DNA of 63,584 bases, counting the filler, from Octopus bimaculoides (Eukaryota), in NCBI RefSeq assembly GCF_001194135.2. It is 7 parts of 7 records of this genome, joined end to end, with 100 filler letters (N's around TTAATTAATTAA, not from the genome) between each part and the next. Parts side by side here need not be neighbours in the genome. Positions count along the whole stretch, not along the records: positions 18,835 to 45,109 come from NC_068999.1; positions 45,210 to 51,559 come from NC_068997.1; positions 51,660 to 55,283 come from NC_068993.1; 4 more parts are not named here. One strand, 5' to 3'. A program made the position numbers and the translations under genes. Numbering within the stretch: the first letter of the stretch is position 1; each line of letters opens with the position of its first letter. The notes below the pieces were generated by a model. The model was not told the origin of the DNA. It did no database searches and saw only the letters and a list, made by a program, of their open reading frames with translations. Below, in pieces: positions 39,771 through 53,962 of the stretch.

Positions 39771-40031
39771 GTTGGTACTCCGTCGCTTACGACGTCGAGG
39801 GTTCCAGTTGATCCAATCAACGGAACAGCCTGCTCGTGAAATTAACGTGCAAGTAGCTGAGAATTCCACAGACACGTGTACCCTTAACGTAGTTCTCGGG
39901 GATATTCAGCGTGACACAGTGTGACAAGGCTGGCCCTTTGAATTGCAGGCACAACAGAAACAGGAAGTAAGAGTGAGAGAAAGTTGTGGTGGAAGAGTAC
40001 AGCAGGGTTCGCCACCATCCCCTGCCGCCAC
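39771..40031 (-). mobile_element. SINE family C, 3' part (head lost in a gap)
   Basis: High identity to 15560-15815 and 56460-56720. Confidence 0.88.
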
Positions 40032-40965
40032 ATATATATNNNNNNNNNNNNNNNNNNNNNNNNNNNNNNNNNNNNNNNNNNNNNNNNNNNNNNNNNNNNN
40101 NNNNNNNNNNNNNNNNNNNNNNNNNNNNNNNNNNNNNNNNNNNNNNNNNNNNNNNNNNNNNNNNNNNNNNNNNNNNNNNNNNNNNNNNNNNNNNNNNNNN
40201 NNNNNNNNNNNNNNNNNNNNNNNNNNNNNNNNNNNNNNNNNNNNNNNNNNNNNNNNNNNNNNNNNNNNNNNNNNNNNNNNNNNNNNNNNNNNNNNNNNNN
40301 NNNNNNNNNNNNNNNNNNNNNNNNNNNNNNNNNNNNNNNNNNNNNNNNNNNNNNNNNNNNNNNNNNNNNNNNNNNNNNNNNNNNNNNNNNNNNNNNNNNN
40401 NNNNNNNNNNNNNNNNNNNNNNNNNNNNNNNNNNNNNNNNNNNNNNNNNNNNNNNNNNNNNNNNNNNNNNNNNNNNNNNNNNNNNNNNNNNNNNNNNNNN
40501 NNNNNNNNNNNNNNNNNNNNNNNNNNNNNNNNNNNNNNNNNNNNNNNNNNNNNNNNNNNNNNNNNNNNNNNNNNNNNNNNNNNNNNNNNNNNNNNNNNNN
40601 NNNNNNNNNNNNNNNNNNNNNNNNNNNNNNNNNNNNNNNNNNNNNNNNNNNNNNNNNNNNNNNNNNNNNNNNNNNNNNNNNNNNNNNNNNNNNNNNNNNN
40701 NNNNNNNNNNNNNNNNNNNNNNNNNNNNNNNNNNNNNNNNNNNNNNNNNNNNNNNNNNNNNNNNNNNNNNNNNNNNNNNNNNNNNNNNNNNNNNNNNNNN
40801 NNNNNNNNNNNNNNNNNNNNNNNNNNNNNNNNNNNNNNNNNNNNNNNNNNNNNNNNNNNNNNNNNNNNNNNNNNNNNNNNNNNNNNNNNNNNNNNNNNNN
40901 NNNNNNNNNNNNNNNNNNNNNNNNNNNNNNNNNNNNNNNNNNNNNNNNNNNNNNNNNNNNNNNNN

Positions 40966-40999
<34 letters not shown>

Positions 41000-41074
41000 A
41001 TATATAAATACAGACATGCACATAATATATATATAACACATATATATTATATATACATATCTGCTATATATAAA

Positions 41075-41105
<31 letters not shown>

Positions 41106-41636
41106 CATTATACACACACTCACACACGCACATACGCACACACGCATATATATGAATATATATGTAATATACATTATATATATATATAATATATACATAT
41201 ACATGTATTTATGTATGTATACATACATATACATTCATACACACACTCATACACACACACACACACACACACACATACACACACACATGCATACATACAT
41301 AGTACTTACATGCTCGTACTTATATGTGTTTCTGAGTGTACATGCTTGCCTGTATACATCTGTATACATTTAATGTGTTGGATGTATTTCAAGCAAGTTG
41401 CTTTAAATCGTGGACATAGTTAGTGCTTTTGCAGTTAAATGCGGTTTATATCAGTGAGAGAAGCTGATATTGATTAAATGAGGTGATATCAAAAGAGTAT
41501 CAAAAATATTTGAAAATTGTATAAGTGAATAACAGAATTAGAGAATAACGGAATAATAGACAGTGTTTTGCTGGATGTTTAGTTTTTCGTGCTAAAAACA
41601 TATTGATAGATTAGGCGACAGAGATATGAAGGGATT

Positions 41637-41704
<68 letters not shown>

Positions 41705-41749
41705 CAGACAGGCAGGTAGGTAGATTAGATAAACAGACAGACAGACAGG

Positions 41750-41805
<56 letters not shown>

Positions 41806-42112
41806 ATTTTACAAACACATTTGTTAAGCGAATCAGTGAAAATATATAAGACTTTCCTAAAATTCTATATGTAACGCTTCACCGTTTTTATCTCGTTTCC
41901 AGTAACGAAACTATGATTCTTTGTCATAATCCAACTTTTATCTTTAAAAGAATAATTCAAAACTTACGAAACAAAAGGTACATCGGTGCCTACGTGTGAG
42001 TTCGTGCGTACGTATTTAACGCGTTTAGGGGAAGTTAGACGCGTAAGTATTTATATGATACTACTATGGAATGCACTTACAGAAGTAGAAAAGAATATTT
42101 ATATTTGCACGT

Positions 42113-42540
42113 AAGGCGGCGAGCTGGCAGAAACGTTAGCACGCCGGGCGAAATGCTTAGCAGTATATCGTCTGCCGCTATGTTCTGAGTTCAAATTCTG
42201 CCGAGGTCGACTTAGCCTTTTGATCCTTTCGGGGTCGATTAAATAAGTACCAGTTGCGTACTGGGGTCGATGTACTCGAATTAATCCCTTTGTCTATCCT
42301 TGTTTGTCCTCTCGATGTTTAGCCCCTTGTGGGCAATAAAGAAATAGGAAACGTTAGCACGCCGGGCGAAATGCTTAGCGGTGTTTTGTCTGTCTTAACG
42401 TTCTGAGTTCAAATACCGCCGAGCTCGACTTTGCCTTTCATGTTTTTGGGTTCGATAAAGTAAATACCAGTTGCGTATTGGGCTCGATGTAATCGACTGG
42501 CGCCCTTCCTCCAAAATTTCGGGCCTTGTGCCTAGAGTAG
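42113..42540 (+). mobile_element. Dimeric SINE family A flanked by a 29-bp direct repeat
   Basis: agtagaaaagaatatttatatttgcaYgt at 42084-42112 and 42536-42564, with two internal units. Confidence 0.88.
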
Positions 42541-42814
42541 AAAAGAATATTTATATTTGCATGTGTTTTATTTTACTTAAGATGTGAATGTGCAGGATAC
42601 TTACAAAGGAAAGCATGACTACAAAATTGCTTTTCGTATATACGCATATACGCACGTCCATACACTCGCGTAGACACGCACACACATACACGCGCACAGA
42701 CAAACGCGCGTGCGCGAGACCATATAAGCAGAGAATTATGCAACTACTTATACACACTCACAGATAATAAGCATACTATATATATATGTATGTATGTATG
42801 TATGTAAATATATG

Positions 42815-42892
<78 letters not shown>

Positions 42893-43231
42893 CATGTACA
42901 TATTATGCGTCTGTGTATACATATACATATATATGCATATTTATTCATATAAATATTCGCATNNNNNNNNNNNNNNNNNNNNNNNNNNNNNNNNNNNNNN
43001 NNNNNNNNNNNNNNNNNNNNNNNNNNNNNNNNNNNNNNNNNNNNNNNNNNNNNNNNNNNNNNNNNNNNNNNNNNNNNNNNNNNNNNNNNNNNNNNNNNNN
43101 NNNNNNNNNNNNNNNNNNNNNGGCAATATACTACACTTTATATATATATATATATACACATACATAATACATACATATGTACGTAGGTAAGTAGGTTTGT
43201 AGGTAGGTAGGTAGGTAGGTAGGTAGGTAGG

Positions 43232-43271
<40 letters not shown>

Positions 43272-43909
43272 AAGCAGGAAGTACACAAAAGAAAGCGAGA
43301 AACAGAGGGAGGTAGAGAGTGGAAGAGAGTGGGATAGCGGGAGAGAGAGAGGAAAAGTCAAAGAGAGGAGGTGGGGTGGTTGAGAAGGCGGTTATTTGAA
43401 TGAAACAAAGTGAATTTAAAAGATCCAATTTAAAAAGTCTTTGTCTAGTTGGTGCTTTCGTTTGGTAACAATTTCTTGAGTTTATAGCATGTAATAAAGA
43501 TTATCAGATCGGATAAAGTTAGACATAACTCTTCAGACAACTGCTGTGCAGCTTGGCACGAAAATCGCAAACATTTTTAGATACGTTTTCATCCATTGAA
43601 TCTCATTAAATGATAAACGATATTTTCCACAAATGCCTTTCTGCTGAGCAGATAAATACCGTAGAATAAATAGATTAGAATTGCCATAGCGGCGTCACTT
43701 TAAATTGAATTCTTCATCCAATCGTTGTATCTATCCATCAATCAAGCTATACGTTTATCCGGATAAGCTAACATACATGTATGTGTGTATAATCAAATTA
43801 GCGTTTCACTTAACATGCCTGTATATAAATGTACGTGGCTAGATTAGTAAGTAGGTACTACAGGGAACAAACAGCCGAGTAGACAGGCAGATAGATAGAT
43901 AGATAGATG

Positions 43910-43958
<49 letters not shown>

Positions 43959-44707
43959 CACTTCACTACCGCAAGGTACTTCTGTTTGTATGTGCTGGTT
44001 TTCATCCACACCACATAAAAGAATTACATTTATACATATATATATATATATATATATAGGAGAAAAACATCCCCAATGAGAATGCAAACTCCTACCAACT
44101 ATGAGTCCACCGCATCTTAAAGCAGAAACAGTTGTAAGCTAATGGAGTTCATAAGACAATTGTGTATTCCTTTGCCATCTCATTTTCTTATTACTGCTCT
44201 GTACTCAACTAACGCTTCGTTCTGAAGCACACATATGTATTGAGCTCGTGGAATAAAGCTCTCAGATTCCACTGTCAAATGTAATCCTTATTTATTGACG
44301 CTGATTTTAGTTATGTCTAATTTTACATCGTTGAGGCTTTGGTAATGTGATTGTTTATATTTGTGATTGTTTATATGTGATTGTTTATATTTAATGTGAT
44401 TGTTTATATTTAGAATAGCATTGTAGGATAGGTGTGAGAGGCTGGATTTTTGCCGATTCGAACATGAAACAGAGTGGACAGGGTCAGTATAAATAAATGC
44501 TTTACAGTAAAGGTACATAGTAAAAAAACAAATAGTAATAATAATAACTGAGATTAAGAAGGTGAGACAGATTACTGATAAAAAGTTTAGACATTTAAAA
44601 ATGGTGGAAGATTCAAAAAAATTCTGTATAGGTTATGACATTTTTTATAAAAGCAATTAAGTTAAATTGCTATGTTATCATAATAAGGATGCATTAAGAC
44701 ATCTTCT

Positions 44708-44747
<40 letters not shown>

Positions 44748-44758
44748 GCTGGCACGTG

Positions 44759-44807
<49 letters not shown>

Positions 44808-45077
44808 GTATACTTGCATATTTTAATATTTCGCTTTGGCATAGCGATGCCAATAATCTGGTGTCAGGACTCTATGCTTCAGAGAGATGCTTTAGTCGAA
44901 TACATAACGTAAAATATTCACACACACACACACACACATATATATGTATGTATATATATATATATACACACACATACACACACAAAGACACATACACATA
45001 TATATACATATTTATGTACACGCACATGTACAGACACGCACTCGCATATATATACATATGTATATACGCACATACAC

Positions 45078-45109
<32 letters not shown>

Positions 45110-45209
45110 NNNNNNNNNNNNNNNNNNNNNNNNNNNNNNNNNNNNNNNNNNNNTTAATTAATTAANNNNNNNNNNNNNNNNNNNNNNNNNNNNNNNNNNN
45201 NNNNNNNNN

Positions 45210-45245
<36 letters not shown>

Positions 45246-45612
45246 ATATACATATAAATATATATATATATGCATGTATTTTTGTATATTTATGTATGCG
45301 TGTAGTTATGTGTATATGTGCTTATATGTGTGTGTATGTGAATATATATATATGTATGCATAAATTAATGCATTAAGTATGTGTGTATATATGTGTGTGT
45401 GTAATGTATGCATTAATGTAAGCGCACGTGCACATAAACATGTAGAATGAATGTATCTATATATATATAATATATATTGTATGTATGTATGTACGTATGG
45501 TTGGATGGATGGATGTTCGCATGTGCGTATGTTTAACTATGTATGTATAATTATGTAACTATATGTTTGTGTATGTTTAAGTGTGTGTGAGGGTGTTTGT
45601 GCGTGTGTGTGT

Positions 45613-45685
<73 letters not shown>

Positions 45686-46369
45686 TATGTGTGTGTGTTT
45701 CTGTGCTAACTTGTGCATTATTGTATGCGAATGTTGCATGGCTGAATGGCTACGGGGGGTCATTTTGCAATCACGATGTCTTTGGTTCGATCTCCCACAG
45801 AGTGGAATCTGGTTGAGTTGTAAAGGTACGAAGATATTGGTAACCAGAATAACAATTATAAAGACTATTTATCGGCTTTGGCTCTCGTCTTTTCATGCTC
45901 GATAAAATGAGTACCAATTGATTTCTGGGTTCAGCGTAATCGACTAGCACTTCCCCACAAAATTTCAAGCCCTGTGCCCACAGTAGAAAGGATTATTATT
46001 GTTACTGCTGTTATTTCTGTTGTTTTTAATATAAACACAAATGACCAGATTTGGACACAGACGGTTAGCCGATTAAAACGTAGCTTGTAGGGCATTGGTG
46101 CTTTATATTATCGATCTCCGAAAGGATGAACGGCGGATTTATATAAATGTGTGAACAATAAAACAATTGCAATTTACAAGAAAATTGATTGCGTAAAAAT
46201 TTCCCAAAGGGAGAATTTCACAGGAGAAACCAAAGAATCACATCGTTCCTGGGTCGCCCCGACCACCAAAGGGACCAAGAAAGGTGTCCCTTTCCTATCT
46301 ATTGTTCACGGTCAAGTGGTGAACACTGAGATTAAGCCAACTCACTCTGGCCATCTACACCACATTCAC

Positions 46370-47225
46370 CCCCTATCTATGGAAGGATAGACTATAAATT
46401 GTGTGCTTAGTTACGGAACGAGAGTGGTATCAGTGATGTGTTTAAATTTGGAAGGAAATAGTGTGATCAATGAGGTATTTAGCAATGGAAGGAGAGAAGG
46501 GTATAAATAGGATGTTTAGTTATGGAAGGAGAGATGGGTATCAATAGGGTGTTTAATTATGGAAGGAGAGATGACATCTATATAGTGCTTAACTATGCAG
46601 GGAAAGGGTATTAATAGGATGTTTGCTTATGGAAGGGGAGAAGTATCAATGAGGTGTTTAATTATGGGAGGAGAGCGTAGTATCAACAGGGTGTTTAAAT
46701 ATGAAAGGAAATGCTGGTATTGATATAATGTTCGTTTATGGGAGAAGAGAAGTACCAAAAAGTTACTTAATTATGGAAAGAGAAACGATGCTTTGTTATG
46801 GAAGCAGTGATTGATGTCAATGTAAAGAGAAAGTTTCAATAGGGTGTTTATGGAAGAGAGGAAGATATCAATAAATTGCTTCTTATGGAAGATGAAAGTG
46901 GTGTCGTTAAGTTGTTGAACTATGGAAGGAGAGAGTGGTAGAAATTCGAAGTTCAGGTACGGAAGGAAAGAACGGTGTCAATAGAATGTTCAGTTTATGG
47001 AAGATGGAACAGATATGAATAGCGTAGTTAAGTACTGAAGGAAAGAGTAGCATTGGCGCATTTTATTATGGAAAGAGTGACTAGTGTAAATAGCGTTTAT
47101 TTATTTATGACGATGACATCAATGGGACTTTTAGTTATGGAAGGAGACAAAGATATCAATAGTGTATTATGGAAGGAGGGAGTGCTATCAATAGAGTGTT
47201 TAGTTATGGAAGGAAAGCAGCATCA
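46370..47225. repeat. Diverged ~36-38-bp minisatellite (>20 copies)
   Basis: Recurrent ttatggaaggagagatggtatcaatagggtgttta. Confidence 0.85.
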
Positions 47226-47479
47226 CTATTTCAGTTGTGGCTGACAAGGTTTTGAAAACTGACATCATTCAATGGAAAATGTGTGAGTGCACGCGCGCGC
47301 GTGTGCATGCGTGCGTGCGTGTATGTGTTTGTGTCTGCTCGCGCGTGTGAGCATGTGAGTGTGTGTGTGTTTGTGCGTGCATGTGAGTGTGTGTGTGCGT
47401 GCATGTGAGTGTGTGTGTTGTTTGTTTACTTTGGAAATATTTGGATCTTGAATGTCAAAATATCAGGGGATTTTTTTTT

Positions 47480-47983
47480 TTTTTTATCAGCAGCATGGTG
47501 TTGCTCTTGTTTTTCCTTTTGCTACAATTGTTGTTGTTGTTGTTGTTGTTTCACTGACAGTTGCTGTCACATTTGTTATTGTTGTTGTTGTTGTTGCCAT
47601 TATCCTCACTGTCGTTATTCTTCTCTTTTTCTTCCTTTTCTTGTTATTTAGAGTCAGTATTGTTGTTGTTGTTGTTGTTGTTGCTGTTGTTGCCACAGTG
47701 TCATCGTCTTTTTTTCATTGTTATCAATGTTGCTGCCGCTACCAGTATTGTTGTTCATACCAAAGTTGTTGTTGTTGTTGTTGCTGTTGATGATGATGAT
47801 GATGACGACGACGACGACGACCACGACCACGATGATGATGATTATGATAGTGGTGGTGGTGGTGGTGGTGGTGATGACAATGACGACGGTGATGATGATG
47901 ATGGTTGATGGTTGTGGTGGTGGTGGTGATGGTTATGATAATGGTGGCGGTGGTGATAGTGGTGATGGTAATGATGATGATGA

Positions 47984-48015
<32 letters not shown>

Positions 48016-48056
48016 ATGATGATAATGATGATGTTGATGACGACGATGATGATGAC

Positions 48057-48103
<47 letters not shown>

Positions 48104-48110
48104 CGACGAC

Positions 48111-48149
<39 letters not shown>

Positions 48150-48271
48150 GATGATGATGATGATGAAGATGATNNNNNNNNNNTGATGATGATGATGATG
48201 ATGATGATGAAGATGATGATGATGATGAAGATGATGATGATGATGAAGATGATGATGATGATGATGATGAA

Positions 48272-48304
<33 letters not shown>

Positions 48305-49243
48305 GATGATGGTGGTGGTGGTGATGATCATCATCATCATCTTGTTCATATCAAAGTTGTTGTTTTGTTATCGTTGATATTGTTGTTATTGTTGTTGTTA
48401 TTGTTATTCTTGTGATTGTTATTGTCAGCATTGTTCAAATCAACGTTGTCTGTTGTTGTTGCTGCTGCTGCTGTTGCTACTGCTGTTCTTACCATTGTTG
48501 TAATTCATGTCAACACTATTGTTGTTGTTGTTGTTGTTGTCACTGTTATTGTTTTGCGAAGGCACATGGTTAGAGTATAGGTCATAAGTTCGATTCCCGG
48601 CGTCGCGTTATGCCCTTGAACAAGACACGCTATTTCACATTACTCCATTCCGCCCAATTGGCAAAAAATGAGTAGTACCTGTATTTGAAAGGGGCCAACC
48701 TTGTCACATTCTGTGTCACACTGAATCTCCCTGAGAACTACGTTAAGCGTACGCGTGTCTGTGGAGTCCTCAGCCACTTACACGTGAATTTCACGAGCAG
48801 ACTGTTTCGTTGATCGGATTAACTTGAACCCTCGTCGTCGCAAGCGACGGAGTGACAGTTCATTACTGCCGTCGTTAATACGTTTGTTGTTGTTGTTGCT
48901 GCTGCTGCTATTTTTGATGTTCATACTGTTTTAGCTATTGTTATTGTAGCTGTTGTCATTTTTGTCCTTGTTATTGCTATTGTAGTTGTCACTGTTATTG
49001 TTGTGGCCGTTGTTGCTGCTGTTGTTGTTGTCACTGTTAACGTTAATTTATTCATTCATTCATTCATTCATTCATTCATTTATTTATATATTTCCGTTAA
49101 TAAATGAGGAAATAAATGAAACTGTATTTCAATAAGTGACGTGAATATTTTCTATCCATTTTCTAGTCAAAACTGAATAACAGCAGTTCATCATCATCAT
49201 CATCACCACCACCATCACCACCATTATCATCATCACCATCATC

Positions 49244-49288
<45 letters not shown>

Positions 49289-49420
49289 TTCTTCTTTTTC
49301 TTCTTCTTTTTCTTCTTCTTCTTCTTCTTCTTCTTCTTCTTCTTCTACTTCTTCTTTTTTTTCTTCTTCTTCTTCTTCTTCTTCTTCTTCTTCTTCTTCT
49401 TCTTCTTCTTCTTCACTTCA
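47480..49420. repeat. (GTT)/(GAT)/(GGT)/(CAT)/(CTT) trinucleotide mosaic with an embedded SINE at 48557-48860
   Basis: Read directly. The SINE has a D-type body and a C-type tail (..gagaactacgttaagcgtacgcgtgtctgtggag..gcgacggagtg). Confidence 0.85.
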
Positions 49421-49743
49421 AGACTTCACACATATATATACATCAACACTCACACGCACATACACACTCACACGCATGCACATACTCATTCACACACATA
49501 CACACACACACACACACACATGGATGCGCGTACTTAATATGCATGTGAATATATGTATATAAAATTATTCGTTTATATTTATATAAAGGGCATTATTATA
49601 GAAAAATAATAACGCCACACATAAAATTATATACATCGACATGTGCGTGTTTGTGTGTGGTTGTGTGTGTGTGTGCGTGTGTGTTATATACAGATATATA
49701 TATATATATAACACACACATATATATAACACAACATACACAGT

Positions 49744-49777
<34 letters not shown>

Positions 49778-51022
49778 NNNNNNNNNNNNNNNNNNNNNNN
49801 NNNNNNNNNNNNNNNNNNNNNNNNNNNNNNNNNNNNNNNNNNNNNNNNNNNNNNNNNNNNNNNNNNNNNNNNNNNNNNNNNNNNNNNNNNNNNNNNNNNN
49901 NNNNNNNNNNNNNNNNNNNNNNNNNNNNNNNNNNNNNNNNNNNNNNNNNNNNNNNNNNNNNNNNNNNNNNNNNNNNNNNNNNNNNNNNNNNNNNNNNNNN
50001 NNNNNNNNNNNNNNNNNNNNNNNNNNNNNNNNNNNNNNNNNNNNNNNNNNNNNNNNNNNNNNNNNNNNNNNNNNNNNNNNNNNNNNNNNNNNNNNNNNNN
50101 NNNNNNNNNNNNNNNNNNNNNNNNNNNNNNNNNNNNNNNNNNNNNNNNNNNNNNNNNNNNNNNNNNNNNNNNNNNNNNNNNNNNNNNNNNNNNNNNNNNN
50201 NNNNNNNNNNNNNNNNNNNNNNNNNNNNNNNNNNNNNNNNNNNNNNNNNNNNNNNNNNNNNNNNNNNNNNNNNNNNNNNNNNNNNNNNNNNNNNNNNNNN
50301 NNNNNNNNNNNNNNNNNNNNNNNNNNNNNNNNNNNNNNNNNNNNNNNNNNNNNNNNNNNNNNNNNNNNNNNNNNNNNNNNNNNNNNNNNNNNNNNNNNNN
50401 NNNNNNNNNNNNNNNNNNNNNNNNNNNNNNNNNNNNNNNNNNNNNNNNNNNNNNNNNNNNNNNNNNNNNNNNNNNNNNNNNNNNNNNNNNNNNNNNNNNN
50501 NNNNNNNNNNNNNNNNNNNNNNNNNNNNNNNNNNNNNNNNNNNNNNNNNNNNNNNNNNNNNNNNNNNNNNNNNNNNNNNNNNNNNNNNNNNNNNATATAT
50601 ATATATATATATATACATATATATCAACGTGACCTTCATACAAAAGCTCTAAGGTCGAATGGTATTTTTGACCTTCAGTTGTAACAATGTGAATTAATGT
50701 TTAGTTATGTACTGACAGAAAGTGAAAGAGAAAGAGAGGGGGTGAAACAGAGAGAGCGAATCAAAGATAGAAACAGAGAGAGAGAGAGGGGGTAGGGAGG
50801 AAGACAATAAGCGAAATATAAGATAGAGGGTGGCCTTGACTGACATACTCGCCTGTTTGTTTCTCTTGATTGATGGTGCTTAATACAGTTGGTTAATAGA
50901 TTTTAATTAGAATCTAATTATTGTTATTGTTACTTTTGTTGTTGTTGTTCTCCTTCCTTTAGGCCCATATTGGCTCTGACCGTTTGGCTTTATAATCATA
51001 GTCATTTCATGTTGCATCTAAG

Positions 51023-51105
51023 CATAGTGTATTCCCACTATCATAGTGTATTCCCACTATCATAGTGTATGCCCACTATCATAGTGTATGCCCACTATCA
51101 TAATA
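51023..51105. repeat. 19-bp tandem repeat x4 (catagtgtaYNcccactat)
   Basis: Read directly; each unit contains atagtg..cactat. Confidence 0.9.
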
Positions 51106-51187
51106 TACCCTTGCTGTCTTGTGAGGTAATTTATTGAGGTTTTTCGAATGGTTAAGAGAATAAACTCCCACAGTAAATCCAGAGGTG

Positions 51188-51559
51188 CTACACCCTAAGG
51201 CAGATATATAAGGTTATGCTTAAGCAATATCTGGCACCCTTTGCCGTAACAAACTCCTCTAGACCTGGTTCTCTCGGAATGCCACTCAACCTTCGCAGTA
51301 GGGGTTCGAGAGCTACCACATACAAAAGCAGTGAGAGCGGACATCTTTGACGAACCGATCGTCTGATACAGAACGGCTTCGAAAGGAAACCGTTCACCCA
51401 AACTATCGAGTCAATGTTGTGGTACAAAGCGATAAACCACCTGAGGAAGCCAAGGCCCAAGCCGAACCGCGCAAGCACAGTCGCCAGGTATTGATGGTCA
51501 ACCGTATCAAAAGCTTTAGACTGGTCCAAATGTACCAGTGCCCCACCTTTGCCAGATTT
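51188..51559 (-). mobile_element. L1/Tx1-clade LINE reverse-transcriptase fragment
   Basis: GALVHLDQSKAFDTVDHQYLATVL..FLRWFIALY..VWVNGFLSKPFCIRRSVRQRCPLSLLLYVVALEPLLRRL, a typical L1/Tx1 RT segment. Confidence 0.9.
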
Positions 51560-51749
51560 NNNNNNNNNNNNNNNNNNNNNNNNNNNNNNNNNNNNNNNNN
51601 NNNTTAATTAATTAANNNNNNNNNNNNNNNNNNNNNNNNNNNNNNNNNNNNNNNNNNNNAAAGAGTAGGGGTGAAGAGAAGTGGGAGTGAAGAGAAGTAG
51701 GAAGAGAAGTGGGAAGAGAAGTAGGAGTGAAGAGAAGTAGGAATGAAGA

Positions 51750-51898
51750 GAGTCCGGATGGCCTCTGTGCATGGACAATCCAAACACGGACAGGTGTTGC
51801 TGCAAGGAGTGGCCGGCAGAACGGAAGTGGCGTGACACCGGGGTGTCATTGCCAACGTTGATATCAGGCAACGGCTCTACTCGAAATCGAGTTGGCAA
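51750..51898 (-). mobile_element. Penelope-like element GIY-YIG endonuclease C-terminal fragment
   Basis: [22 protein letters not shown] resembles the RF.EH..DI....PV..HF...GH segment of PLE endonucleases. Confidence 0.7.
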
Positions 51899-53126
51899 CG
51901 ATCAAGTATGTATGTATGTATGTATGTATGTATGTATGTATGTATGTATAGATGGATGGATGGATGGATGGATGGATGGATGGATTGATGGATGGACGGA
52001 TGTATGTATGCTAAGTGTTGTTTAAATATAAAAAAAGGAAACTCAAGTAATTTCGAGTAAATCTACTGTCTACTATACAACTTGTAATTCTGTATTAGCT
52101 GGAATTCTACTTGCATAGACTAACAGTCCATTATTCTCTTCTTGGGAACTCACATTTTTCATTGTGTTGCCGGATGCAATTTTACGTATTGTGATGCTAA
52201 AAAGTTGTAGGAATCTGTTGAAAAACAAGAATACGAATGGATTGGTTCTGCGATGCAACTTTGTCGAAGAAATCTCCTGCAATGGAATACTAATTACCGG
52301 AAGCAACTATTCGATTCCCAAATAATGTAGGAAAGTATCTCCGAAAATTTTGTTCATTATATCTTTTGCGATCCATAATTATTTAATATTATATGTGTCA
52401 TTATTTTCATTTCTCTCCCATTTTATTTTTATTTTTTTATTTTCCTAAATTTTGATTGAATAAAAAGTAAGCATTCTTGTGCAAGAATTATCGAAGAGTC
52501 TTTAATGCGATGCGTTTAAATGATTTTATCTTATGTTTTGTAATGTATTTAAGCTGCTTTGTGAAACTAAACCAATAAAAGATTCATTTAAATCCATGAT
52601 ACTCGTGAAACTAGAAACTGCTTGAGAGACAATGGGAGATAGAGAAAGAAACTGTAAAGTTTGATATTTACCTTGTGTTTAATGGACAGAAAATATGTAT
52701 AAAAAGAAAGGAAGTATATGATTTTTTTTATCAATAGAATGTTCATAGCTATATAGTCAGAGACATGACAAGTATATATATATGCATATGCATGCCTGTG
52801 TGAATGTAAGTGTGTGCATATGCTAGTACATACATCCGTTGTGCGTGCATATATGTGTTTGTGTGTGAGTGTGTGTGCGTGGTTTCTGTTTGTGCGTGTG
52901 TGTGTGTGTGCGTGTGTGTGCGTGTGTGCGTGTGTGTGTGTGTGTGTATGTGAGTAAGTTATGGATATATATCTGGATATATAGTCATATATTGTAAAGT
53001 GGATTGAGACAGAGAGACAGATAGATAAATATATTGATTGATTGATTAATAGCTACGCAGGCAGACAAATAAACAGACAGACAGATAAACAGACAGACAG
53101 ACAGACAGATAGACAGACAGACAGAC

Positions 53127-53161
<35 letters not shown>

Positions 53162-53192
53162 CATACTTAAATCCATACAGACAGACATACAT

Positions 53193-53233
<41 letters not shown>

Positions 53234-53294
53234 TAGATAGATAGATAGATAGACATACATACTTACATCCATACAGACAGACAGACAGACAGAC

Positions 53295-53344
<50 letters not shown>

Positions 53345-53345
53345 T

Positions 53346-53396
<51 letters not shown>

Positions 53397-53962
53397 ATAC
53401 TAGGTAGAAAGAGATATGCCAAATTAGTGTCTAATAAAAGAATCCTACCAGGATAGATTGATGGATGAATGAATGAATGGATGAATACATGGTTGGAGGC
53501 ATATATTAAGTGATTGAGTGTAATCGGTAGAAAAGGAAAAATTAAAACGGAAGGGAAAGAAAGGCAAAATAAAGAAAGAAATGGAAGATAGAGATATTAA
53601 ATGTATAGGTGAATGAACAACTTGCATGAATCTGAAACTGGGTGAATAAATTATTGAATGCATAAGATGAAGGATGATTGAGTAATAAGCTAAAAGAATG
53701 AATAATATTGACTTAATGAGTAAAGGAACAAGTGAATGTTCTAAAGTATGAACTTATAAGATGGGTGAATATATGCAAGAAGAAAAGAGATACGAATGAG
53801 AGAAGAGGAAAACTGAGAAAATATACAAATAAAAAATATCTAGAATGTAGTTAAATGAAAATGTACACCTGTGTATATGTACGTACCTGTGAAATATACA
53901 CATGAGTATATGTGTGTGTGTGAGTGTGCGTGTGTATGTGTGCATGTGTATATATATATATA

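Noticed and set aside
47561-48377. Poly-Asp/poly-Met ORFs suggesting an acidic biomineralisation protein
   Set aside because: Part of a (GAT)/(GTT)/(GGT) mosaic with no unique coding flank or splice signals; similar mosaics occur elsewhere in the window.
12842-50684. Long ORFs of YIYI/CVCV/HTHT/X in the ORF track
   Set aside because: Translations of dinucleotide and tetranucleotide microsatellites and N gaps.
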